Both the position numbers and the translations under genes were made by a program. The notes under the pieces were generated by a model. The model was not told the DNA's origin and did not search any database. It was given only the letters and a program-made list of their open reading frames with translations. A stretch of 30,582 nt of DNA from contig NEEC01000339.1 of assembly GCA_002189035.1 (NCBI GenBank), positions 1 through 30,582 of the forward strand, given 5' to 3'. Of this stretch, positions 12,001 to 24,239 are shown piece after piece (position 1 is the first letter of the stretch; every line of letters begins with the position of its first letter). This DNA comes from Utricularia gibba (lineage: Eukaryota > Plantae > Magnoliophyta).

Positions 12001-15000
12001 CGATGAAGTTTGACACGTTTTGGCTGTTGATTGATGCAATTAGTTGCCATGATACTTCTGATTCTTGATACACCATTCCCATACACCATGTCTCTAGTGG
12101 CTATTTGATTCTTTTGCCGTGTATCCCATTTGCATCAATTTCGAGAACGAGAAGCACATTATTAAACGCAGCCACCAAGGAAGGACACGTAAGACACTTT
12201 TCGTTGTGGTTTGTTTTTAATATGTCCACAGTTATGGGACAAACGTAACTCCAAATTATACTTCTTGGAGCACGAATAGGGCTTCCCAATGGTGTGCTAT
12301 GAAGAGTTAGCATCTGCATGTTTTGGAAGAGGTGCTTCGTGGACCAGGATGTGCGATAGTCATTTCATTGCGCATCACCATTCGGGGTGCAGCCTAAAAA
12401 TCACACGTGCACCGGATTTGTTAAAAATAAAATATTTTGCATACCTGAGTATAAACAGTGTTGGGATAAGTGATGCCACGAAATTCATGATGTAACATGT
12501 GACTTTTTTCCATCTTGATCGCATATCCGATGAAGTTTGACACCATATTTTGGCTGTTGATTGATGCAATTAGTTGCTATGATACTTCTGATTCTTGATG
12601 CACCATTCCCTTACACCATGTCTCTAGTGGCTATTTGATTCTTTTGCCGTGTATCCCATTTGCATCAATTTCGAGAACGAGAAGCACATTATTAAACGCA
12701 GCCACCAAGGAAGGACACGTAAGACACTTTTCGTTGTGGTTTGTTTTTAATATGTCCACAGTTATGGGACAAACGTAACTCCAAATTATACTACTTGGAG
12801 CACGAATAGGGCTTCCCAATGGTGTGCTATGAAAGTTAGCATCTGCATGTTTTGGAAGAGGTGCTTCGTGGACCAGGATGTGCGACATAGTCATTTCATT
12901 GCGCATCACCATTCGGGTGCAGCCTAAAAATCACACGTGCACTGGATTCGTTAAAAGTAAACATTTTTGCGTACCTGGAGTATAAAGTGTTGGGATAAGT
13001 GATGCCACGAAATTCATGATGTAACATGTGACTTTTTTCCATCTTGATCGCATATCCGATGAAGTTTGACACCATATGTTTTGGCTGTTGATTGATGCAA
13101 TTAGTTGCCATGATACTTCTGATTCTTGATACACCATTCCCATACACCATGTCTCTAGTGGCTATTTGATTCTTTTGCCGTGTATCCCATTTGCATCAAT
13201 TTCGAGAACGAGAAGCACATTATTAAACGCAGCCACCAAGGAAGGACACGTAAGACACTTTTCGTTGTGGTTTGTTTTTAATATGTCCACAGTTATCGGA
13301 CAAACGTAACTCCATTATACTACTTGGAGCACGAATAGGGCTTCCCAATGGTGTGCTATGAAGAGTTAGGATCTGCATGTTTTGGAAGAGGTGCTTCGTG
13401 GACCAGGATGTGCGACATAGTCATTTCATTGCGCATCACCATTCGGGGTGCAGCCTAAAAATCACACGTGCACCGGATTCGTTAAAAATAAATATTTACG
13501 CATATCCTGAGTATACAACAGTGTTGGGATAAGTGATGCCACGAAATTCATGATGTAACATGTGACTTTTTTCCATCTTGATCGCATATCCGATGAAGTT
13601 TGACACCATACGTTTTGGCTGTTGATTGATGCAATTAGTTGCCATGATACTTCTGATTCTTGATGCACCATTCCCTTACACCATGTCTCTAGTGGCTATT
13701 TGATTCTTTTGCCGTGTATCCCATTTGCATCAATTTCGAGAACGAGAAGCACATTATTAAACGCAGCCACCAAGGAAGGACACGTAAGACACTTTTCGTT
13801 GTGGTTTGTTTTTAATATGTCCACAGTTATGGGACAAACGTAACTCCAAATTATACTACTTGGAGCACGAATAGGGCTTCCCAATGGTGTGCTATGAAGA
13901 GTTAGCATCTGCATGTTTTGGAAGAGGTGCTTCGTGGACCAGGATGTGCGACATAGTCATTTCATTGCGCATCACCATTCGGGGTGCAGCCTAAAAATCA
14001 CACGTGCACTGGATTCGTTAAAAATAAAATTTTACGCATACCTGAGTATAAACAGTGTTGGGATAAGTGATGCCACGAAATTCATGATGTAACATGTGAC
14101 TTTTTTTCCATCTTGATCGCATATCCGATGAAGTTTGACACCATATTTTGGCTGTTGATTGATGCAATTAGTTGCCATGATACTTCTGATTCTTGATGCA
14201 CCATTCCCATACACCATGTCTCTAGTGGCTATTTGATTCTTTTGCCGTGTATCCCATTTGCATCAATTTCGAGAACGAGAAGCACATTATTAAACGCAGC
14301 CACCAAGGAAGGACACGTAAGACACTTTTCGTTGTGGTTTGTTTTTAATATGTCCACAGTTATGGGACAAACGTAACTCCAAATTATACTTCTTGGAGCA
14401 CGAATAGGGCTTCCCAATGGTGTGCTATGAAGAGTTAGCATCTGCATGTTTTGGAAGAGTGCTTCGTGGACCAGGATGTGCGACATAGTCATTTCATTGC
14501 GCATCACCATTCGGGGTGCAGCCTAAAAATCACACGTGCACCGGATTTGTTAAAAATAAATATTTACGCATACCTGAGTATAAACAGTGTTGGGATAAGT
14601 GATGCCACGAAATTCATGATGTAACATGTGACTTTTTTCCATCTTGATCGCATATCCGATGAAGTTTGACACCATATGTTTTGGCTGTTGATTGATGCAA
14701 TTAGTTGCCATGATACTTCTGATTCTTGATGCACCATTCCCATACACCATGTCTCTAGTGGCTATTTGATTCTTTTGCCGTGTATCTTTTGCATCAATTT
14801 CGAGAACGAGAAGCACATTATTAAACGCAGCCACCAAGGAAGGACACGTAAGACACTTTTCGTTGTGGTTTGTTTTAATATGTCCACAGTTATGGACAAA
14901 CGTAACTCCAAATTATACTTCTTGGAGCACGAATAGGGCTTCCCAATGGTGTGCTATGAAGTTAGCATCTGCATGTTTTTGGAAGAGTGCTTCGTGGACC

Positions 15001-15268
15001 AGGATGTGCGACATAGTCATTTCATTGCGCATCACCATTCGGGTGCAGCCTAAAAATCACACGTGCACCGGATTTGTTAAAAATAAATATTTACGCATAT
15101 CCTGAGTATAAAGTGTTGGGATAAGTGATGCCACGAAATTCATGATGTAACATGTGACTTTTTTCCATCTTGATCGCATATCCGATGATGTTTGACATAC
15201 GTTTTGGTGTTGATTGATGCAATTAGTTGCTATGATACTTCTGATTCTTGATGCACCATTCCCTTACA
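1..15268. repeat. Left sub-array (m0-m28): mosaic monomers with no clear higher-order period
   Basis: Lacks GAGCTC, ACGCGT, GTCCAAAG and GCATGATTT variants. Carries 7 of the 8 TACTTCTT copies (m5, 14, 16, 18, 23, 27, 28) and the GATACACC variant (m4, 21, 22, 24). Most intermediate forms of the A/B segment are here. Mean spacing is ~530 bp. Confidence 0.75.
374..483. other. 10-bp inverted repeat ATTGATGCAA / TTGCATCAAT (90-bp spacer), recurring in most monomers
   Basis: Arms read at 374-383 and 474-483, with an extra direct copy TTGATGCA at 409-416. The left arm is altered where ATTGATTCAA occurs. Function unknown. Confidence 0.6.
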
Positions 15269-18200
15269 CATGTCTCTAGTGGTTATTGATTCTTTTGCCG
15301 TGTATCCCATTTGCATCAATTTCGAGAACGAGAAGCACATTATTAAACGCAGCCACCAAGGAAGGACACGTAAGACACTTTTCGTTGTGTTTGTTTTTAA
15401 TATGTCCACAGTTATGGACAAACAAACTCCAAATTATACTACTTGGAGCACGAATAGGGCTTCCCAATGGTGTGCTATAAAGAGTTAGCATCTGCATGTT
15501 TTGGAAGAGGTGCTTCGTGGACCAGGATGTGCGACCTAGTCATTTCATTGCGCATCACCATTCGGGGTGCAGCCTAAAAATCACACGTGCACTGGATTCG
15601 TTAAAAGTAAACATTTTTGCGTACCTGGAGTATAATAGTGTTGGGATAAGTGATGCCACGAAATTCATGATGTAACATGTGACTTTTCCATCTTGATCGC
15701 ATATCCGATGAAGTTTGACACCATATGTTTTGGCTGTTGATTGATGCAATTAGTTGCATGATACTTTGATTCTTGATGCACCATTCCCTTACACCATGTC
15801 TCTAGTGGCTATTTGATTCTTTTGCCGTGTATCTTGTTTGCATCAATTTCGAGAACGAGAAGCACATATTAAACGCAGCCACCAAGGAAGGACACGTAAG
15901 ACACTTTTCGTTGTGGTTTGTTTTTAATATATCCACAGTTATCGGACAAACGAAACTCCAAATTTATACTACTTGGAGCTCGAATCGGGCTTCCCAATGG
16001 TGTGCTATGAAGAGTTAGGATCTGCATGTTTGGAAGAGGTGCTTCGTGGACCAGGATGTGCGACATAGTCATTTCATTGCGCATCACCATTCGGGGTGCA
16101 GCCGAAAAATCACACGTGCACTGGATTCGTTAAAAGTAAACATTTTTGCGTACCTGGTGTATAATAGTGTTGGGATAAGTGATGCCACGAAATTCATGAT
16201 GTAACATGTGACTTTTTTCCATCTTGATCGCATATCCGATGATGTTTGACGCCATACGTTTTGGAGTTGATTGATGCAATTAGTTGCTATGATACTTCTG
16301 ATTCTTGATGCACCATTCCCTTAGAACATGTCTCTAGTGGTTACTTGATTCTTTTGCCGTGTATCCCATTTGCATCAATTTCGAGAACGAGAAGCACATT
16401 ATTAAACGCAGCCACCAAGGAAGGACGCGTAAGACACTTTTCGTTGTGGTTTTTTTTAATATGTCCACAGTTATGGGACAAACATAACTCCAAATTATAC
16501 TACTTGGAGCACGAATAGGGCTTCCCAATGGTGTGCTATGAAGAGTTAGCATCTGCATGTTTTGGAAGAGGTGCTTCGTGGACCAGGATGTGCGACCTAG
16601 TCATTTCATTGCGCATCACCATTCGGGTGCAGCCGAAAATCACACGTGCACTGGATTCGTTAAAAGTAAACATTTTTGCGTACCTGGAGTATAATAGTGT
16701 TGGGATAAGTGATGCCACGAAATTCATGATGTAACATGTGACTTTTTTCCATCTTGATCGCATATCCGATGAAGTTTGACACCATATGTTTTGGCTGTTG
16801 ATTGATTCAATTAGTTGCTATGATACTTCTGATTCTTGATGCACCATTCCCATACACCATGTCTTAGTGGCTATTTGATTCTTTTGCCGTGTATCTTGTT
16901 TGCATCAATTTCGAGAACGAAAAGCACATTATTAAACGCAGCCACCAAGGAAGGACACGTAAACACTTTTCGTTGTGGTTTGTTTTTAATATGTCCACAG
17001 TTATCGGACAAACGTAACTCCAATTATACTACTTGGAGCACGAATAGGGCTTCCCAATGGTGTGCTATGAAGAGTTAGGATCTGCATGTTTTGGAAGAGG
17101 TGCTTCGTGACCAGGATGTGCGACATAGTCATTTCATTGCGCATCACCATTCGGGTGCAGCCTAAAAATCACACGTGCACTGGATTCGTTAAAAGTAAAC
17201 ATTTTTGCGTACCTGAGTATAATAGTGTTGGGATAAGTGATGCCACGAAATTCATGATGTAACATGTGACTTTTTTCCATCTTGATCGCATATCCGATGA
17301 AGTTTGACACCATATGTTTTGGCAGTTGATTGATGCAATTAGTTGCTATGATACTTCTGATTCTTGATGCACCATTCCCTTACACCATGTCTCTAGTGGT
17401 TATTGATTCTTTTGCCGTGTATCCCATTTGCATCAATTTCGAGAACGAGAAGCACATTATTAAACGCAGCCACCAAGGAAGGACACGTAAGACACTTTTC
17501 GTTGTGGTTTGTTTTTAATATGTCCAAAGTTATGGGACAAACGTAACTCCAAATTATACTACTTGGAGCACGAATAGGGCTTCCCAATGGTGTGCTATGA
17601 AGAGTTAGGATCTGCATGATTTGGAAGAGGTGCTTCGTGGACCAGGATGTGCGACATAGTCATTTCATTGCGCATCACCATTCGGGTGCAGCCTAAAAAT
17701 CACACGTGCACTGGATTTGTTAAAAGTAAATATTTACGCATATCCTGAGTATACAACAGTGTTGGGATAAGTGATGCCACGAAATTCATGATGTAACATG
17801 TGACTTTTTTCCATCTTGATCGCATATCCGATGAAGTTTGACGCCATATGTTTTGGCAGTTGATTGATGCAATTAGTTGCTATGATACTTCTGATTCTTG
17901 ATGCACCATTCCCTACACCATGTCTCTAGTGGTATTTGATTCTTTTGCCGTGTATCCATTTGCATCAATTTCGAGAACGAGAAGCACATTATTAAACGCA
18001 GCCACCAAGGAAGGACACGTAAGACACTTTTCGTTGTGGTTTGTTTTTAATATGTCCACAGTTATGGACAAACGTAACTCCAAATTATACTACTTGGAGC
18101 ACGAATAGGGCTTCCCAATGGTGTGCTATGAAGAGTTAGGATCTGCATGTTTGGAAGAGGTGCTTCGTGGACCAGGATGTGCGACATAGTCATTTCATTG

Positions 18201-19513
18201 CGCATCACCATTCGGGGTGCAGCCTAAAAATCACACGTGCACCGGATTTGTTAAAAATAAATATTTACGCATATCCTGAGTATACAACAGTGTTGGGATA
18301 AGTGATGCCACGAAATTCATGATGTAACATGTGACTTTTTTCCATCTTGATCGCATATCCGATGAAGTTTGACGCCATATGTTTTGGCAGTTGATTGATG
18401 CAATTAGTTGCTATGATACTTCTGATTCTTGATGCACCATTCCCTTACAACATGTCTCTAGTGGTATTGATTCTTTTGCCGTGTATCCATTTGCATCAAT
18501 TTCGAGAACGAGAAGCACATTATTAAACGCAGCCACCAAGGAAGGACGCGTAAGACACTTTTCGTTGTGGTTTGTTTTTAATATGTCCAAGTTATGGGAC
18601 AAACGTAACTCCAAATTATACTACTTGGAGCACGAATAGGGCTTCCCAATGGTGTGCTATGAAGAGTTAGCATCTGCATGTTTTGGAAGAGGTGCTTCGT
18701 GGACCAGGATGTGCGACCTAGTCATTTCATTGCGCATCACCATTCGGGGTGCAGCCGAAAAAATCACACGTGCACTGGATTCGTTAAAAGTAAACATTTT
18801 TGCGTACCTGGAGTATAATAGTGTTGGGATAAGTGATGCCACGAAATTCATGATGTAACATGTGACTTTTTTCCATCTTGATCGCATATCCGATGAAGTT
18901 TGACACAATATGTTTCGGCTGTTGATTGATGCAATTAGTTGCTATGATACTTCTGATTCTTGATGCACCATTCCTTACACCATGTCTCTAGTGGCTATTT
19001 GATTCTTTTGCCGTGTATCTTGTTTGCATCAATTTCGAGAACGAGAAGCACAATATTAAACGCAGCCACCAAGGAAGGACACGTAAGACACTTTTCGTTG
19101 TGGTTTGTTTTTAATATGTCCACAGTTATCGGACAAACGAAACTCCAAATTATACTACTTGGAGCTCGAATCGGGCTTCCCAATGGTGTGCTATGAAGAG
19201 TTAGGATCTGCATGTTTTGGAAGAGGTGCTTCGTGACCAGGATGTGCGACATAGTCATTTCATTGCGCATCACCATTCGGGGTGCAGCCTAAAAATCACA
19301 CGTGCACTGGATTCGTTAAAAGTAAACATTTTTGCGTACCTGGTGTATAATAGTGTTGGGATAAGTGATGCCACGAAATTCATGATGTAACATGTGACTT
19401 TTTTCCATCTTGGTCGCATATCCGATGATGTTTGACGCCATACGTTTTGGCAGTTGATTGATGCAATTAGTTGCTATGATACTTCTGATTCTTGATGCAC
19501 CATTCCCTTACAA

Positions 19514-20047
19514 CATGTCTCTAGTGGTTTTGATTCTTTTGCCGTGTATCCCATTTGCATCAATTTCGAGAACGAGAAGCACATTATTAAACGCAGCCAC
19601 CAAGGAAGGACGCGTAAGACACTTTTCGTTGTGGTTTGTTTTTAATATGTCCAAAGTTATGGGACAAACGTAACTCCAAATTATACTACTTGGAGCACGA
19701 ATAGGGCTTCCCAATGGTGTGCTATGAAGAGTTAGGATCTGCATGATTTGGAAGAGGTGCTTCGTGGACCAGGATGTGCGACATAGTCATTTCATTGCGC
19801 ATCACCATTCGGGGTGCAGCCTAAAAATCACACGTGCACCGGATTTGTTAAAAATAAATATTTACGCATATCCTGAGTATACAACAGTGTTGGGATAAGT
19901 GATGCCACGAAATTCATGATGTAACATGTGACTTTTTTCCATCTTGATCGCATATCCGATGAAGTTTGACGCCATACGTTTTGGCAGTTGATTGATGCAA
20001 TTAGTTGCTATGATACTTCTGATTCTTGATGCACCATTCCCATACAC
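19514..20047. repeat. Representative Z-type monomer (m37, 534 bp; B-type variable segment, contains MluI site ACGCGT)
   Basis: ACGCGT at 19610, plus GTCCAAAG, GCATGATTT and CACCGG. The B segment is at 19842-19889, followed by GACGCCATAC and TTGGCAG. Similar to m41 (21644) and m44 (23243). Confidence 0.85.
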
Positions 20048-21110
20048 CATGTCTCTAGTGGCTATTTGATTCTTTTGCCGTGTATCCCATTTGCATCAAT
20101 TTCGAGAACGAGAAGCACATTATTAAACGCAGCCACCAAGGAAGGACGTAAGACACTTTTCGTTGTGGTTTTTTTTAATATGTCCACAGTTATGGACAAA
20201 CGTAACTCCAAATTATACTACTTGGAGCACGAATAGGGCTTCCCAATGGTGTGCTATGAAGAGTTAGGATCTGCATGATTTGGAAGAGGTGCTTCGTGGA
20301 CCAGGATGTGCGACATAGTCATTTCATTGCGCATCACCATTCGGGGTGCAGCCTAAAAATCACACGTGCACCGGATTTGTTAAAAATAAATTTTTACGCA
20401 TATCCTGAGTATACAACAGTGTTGGGATAAGTGATGCCACGAAATTCATGATGTAACATGTGACTTTTTTCCATCTTGATCGCATATCCGATGAAGTTTG
20501 ACGCATATGTTTTGGCTGTTGATTGATGCAATTAGTTGCTATGATACTTCTGATTCTTGATGCACCATTCCCTTACACATGTCTCTAGTGGTATTTGATT
20601 CTTTTGCCGTGTATCCCATTTGCATCAATTTCGAGAACGAGAAGCACATTATTAAACGCAGCCACCAAGGAAGGACACGTAAGACACTTTTCGTTGTGGT
20701 TTGTTTTTAATATGTCCAAAGTTATGGGACAAACGTAACTCCAAATTATACTACTTGGAGCACGAATAGGGCTTCCCAATGGTGTGCTATGAAGAGTTAG
20801 GATCTGCATGTTTTGGAAGAGGTGCTTCGTGGACCAGGATGTGCGACCTAGTCATTTCATTGCGCATCACCATTCGGGGTGCAGCCGAAAAATCACACGT
20901 GCACTGGATTCGTTAAAAGTAAACATTTTTGCGTACCTGGAGTATAATAGTGTTGGGATAAGTGATGCCACGAAATTCATGATGTAACATGTGACTTTTT
21001 TCCATCTTGATCGCATATCCGATGAAGTTTGACACAATATGTTTCGGCTGTTGATTGATGCAATTAGTTGCTATGATACTTCTGATTCTTGATGCACCAT
21101 TCCCTTACAC

Positions 21111-21643
21111 CATGTCTCTAGTGGCTATTTGATTCTTTTGCCGTGTATCTTGTTTGCATCAATTTCGAGAACGAGAAGCACAATATTAAACGCAGCCACC
21201 AAGGAAGGACACGTAAGACACTTTTCGTTGTGGTTTGTTTTTAATATGTCCACAGTTATCGGACAAACGAAACTCCAAATTATACTACTTGGAGCTCGAA
21301 TCGGGCTTCCCAATGGTGTGCTATGAAGAGTTAGGATCTGCATGTTTTGGAAGAGGTGCTTCGTGACCAGGATGTGCGACATAGTCATTTCATTGCGCAT
21401 CACCATTCGGGGTGCAGCCTAAAAATCACACGTGCACTGGATTCGTTAAAAGTAAACATTTTTGCGTACCTGGTGTATAATAGTGTTGGGATAAGTGATG
21501 CCACGAAATTCATGATGTAACATGTGACTTTTTTCCATCTTGGTCGCATATCCGATGAAGTTTGACGCCATATGTTTTGGCAGTTGATTGATGCAATTAG
21601 TTGCTATGATACTTCTGATTCTTGATGCACCATTCCCTTACAC
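21111..21643. repeat. Representative Y-type monomer (m40, 533 bp; A-type variable segment, contains SacI site GAGCTC)
   Basis: Anchor-to-anchor unit, with GAGCTC at 21292-21297. It is near-identical to m36 (18981) and m43 (22711), and the ORF-track peptides at 18995, 21125 and 22725 are identical. Confidence 0.9.
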
Positions 21644-24239
21644 CATGTCTCTAGTGGCTATTGATTCTTTTGCCGTGTATCCCATTTGCATCAATTTCGA
21701 GAACGAGAAGCACATTATTAACGCAGCCACCAAGGAAGGACGCGTAAGACACTTTTCGTTGTGGTTTGTTTTTAATATGTCCAAAGTTATGGGACAAACG
21801 TAACTCCAAATTATACTACTTGGAGCACGAATAGGGCTTCCCAATGGTGTGCTATGAAGAGTTAGATCTGCATGATTTGGAAGAGGTGCTTCGTGGACCA
21901 GGATGTGCGACATAGTCATTTCATTGCGCATCACCATTCGGGGTGCAGCCTAAAAATCACACGTGCACCGGATTTGTTAAAAATAAATATTTACGCATAT
22001 CCTGGTATACAACAGTGTTGGGATAAGTGATGCCACGAAATTCATGATGTAACATGTGACTTTTTTCCATCTTGATCGCATATCCGATGAAGTTTGACGC
22101 CATACTTTTTTTGGCAGTTGATTGATGCAATTAGTTGCTATGATACTTCTGATTCTTGATGCACCATTCCCTTACAACATGTCTCTAGTGGTTACTTGAT
22201 TCTTTTGCCGTGTATCCCATTTGCATCAATTTCGAGAACGAGAAGCACATTATTAAACGCAGCCACCAAGGAAGGACGCGTAAGACACTTTTCGTTGTGG
22301 TTTGTTTTTAATATGTCCAAAGTTATGGGACAAACGTAACTCCAAATTATACTACTTGGAGCACGAATAGGGCTTCCCAATGGTGTGCTATGAAGAGTTA
22401 GCATCTGCATGTTTTGGAAGAGGTGCTTCGTGGACCAGGATGTGCGACCTAGTCATTTCATTGCGCATCACCATTCGGGTGCAGCCGAAAAATCACACGT
22501 GCACTGGATTCGTTAAAAGTAAACATTTTTGCGTACCTGGAGTATAATAGTGTTGGGATAAGTGATGCCACGAAATTCATGATGTAACATGTGACTTTTT
22601 TCCATCTTGATCGCATATCCGATGAAGTTTGACACAATATGTTTTGGCTGTTGATTGATGCAATTAGTTGCTATGATACTTCTGATTCTTGATGCACCAT
22701 TCCCTTACACCATGTCTCTAGTGGCTATTTGATTCTTTTGCCGTGTATCTTGTTTGCATCAATTTCGAGAACGAGAAGCACAATATTAAACGCAGCCACC
22801 AAGGAAGGACACGTAAGACACTTTTCGTTGTGGTTTGTTTTTAATATGTCCACAGTTATCGGACAAACGAAACTCCAAATTATACTACTTGGAGCTCGAA
22901 TCGGGCTTCCCAATGGTGTGCTATGAAGAGTTAGGATCTGCATGTTTTGGAAGAGGTGCTTCGTGACCAGGATGTGCGACATAGTCATTTCATTGCGCAT
23001 CACCATTCGGGGTGCAGCCTAAAAATCACACGTGCACTGGATTCGTTAAAAGTAAACATTTTTGCGTACCTGGTGTATAATAGTGTTGGGATAAGTGATG
23101 CCACGAAATTCATGATGTAACATGTGACTTTTTTCCATCTTGATCGCATATCCGATGATGTTTGACGCCATACGTTTTGGCAGTTGATTGATGCAATTAG
23201 TTGCTATGATACTTCTGATTCTTGATGCACCATTCCCTTACACATGTCTCTAGTGGCTACTTGATTCTTTTGCCGTGTATCCATTTGCATCAATTTCGAG
23301 AACGAGAAGCACATTATTAAACGCAGCCACCAAGGAAGGACGCGTAAGACACTTTTCGTTGTGGTTTGTTTTTAATATGTCCAAAGTTATGGGACAAACG
23401 TAACTCCAAATTATACTACTTGGAGCACGAATAGGGCTTCCCAATGGTGTGCTATGAAGAGTTAGGATCTGCATGATTTGGAAGAGGTGCTTCGTGGACC
23501 AGGATGTGCGACATAGTCATTTCATTGCGCATCACCATTCGGGGTGCAGCCTAAAAATCACACGTGCACCGGATTTGTTAAAAATAAATATTTACGCATA
23601 TCCTGAGTATACAACAGTGTTGGGATAAGTGATGCCACGAAATTCATGATGTAACATGTGACTTTTTTCCATCTTGATCGCATATCCGATGAAGTTTGAC
23701 GCCATACGTTTTGGCAGTTGATTGATGCAATTAGTTGCTATGATACTTCTGATTCTTGATGCACATTCCCATACACCATGTCTCTAGTGGCTATTTGATT
23801 CTTTTGCCGTGTATCCCATTTGCATCAATTTCGAGAACGAGAAGCACATTATTAAACGCAGCCACCAAGGAAGGACACGTAAGACACTTTTCGTTGTGGT
23901 TTGTTTTTAATATGTCCACAGTTATGGACAAAACGTAACTCCAATTATACTACTTGGAGCACGAATAGGGCTTCCCAATGGTGTGCTATGAAGAGTTAGG
24001 TCTGCATGTTTTGGAAGAGGTGCTTCGTGGACCAGGATGTGCGACATAGTCATTTCATTGCGCATCACCATTCGGGGTGCAGCCTAAAAATCACACGTGC
24101 ACCGGATTTGTTAAAAATAAATATTTACGCATATCCTGAGTATACAACAGTGTTGGGATAAGTGATGCCACGAAATTCATGATGTAACATGTGACTTTTT
24201 TTTCCATCTTGATCGCATATCCGATGAAGTTTGACACCA

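Noticed and set aside
21290-21305. Pol III B-box or tRNA T-arm in the Y variant (GCTCGAATC / GATTCGAGCTCC)
   Set aside because: It mismatches GTTCRANNC, there is no A-box at suitable spacing, and no cloverleaf forms.
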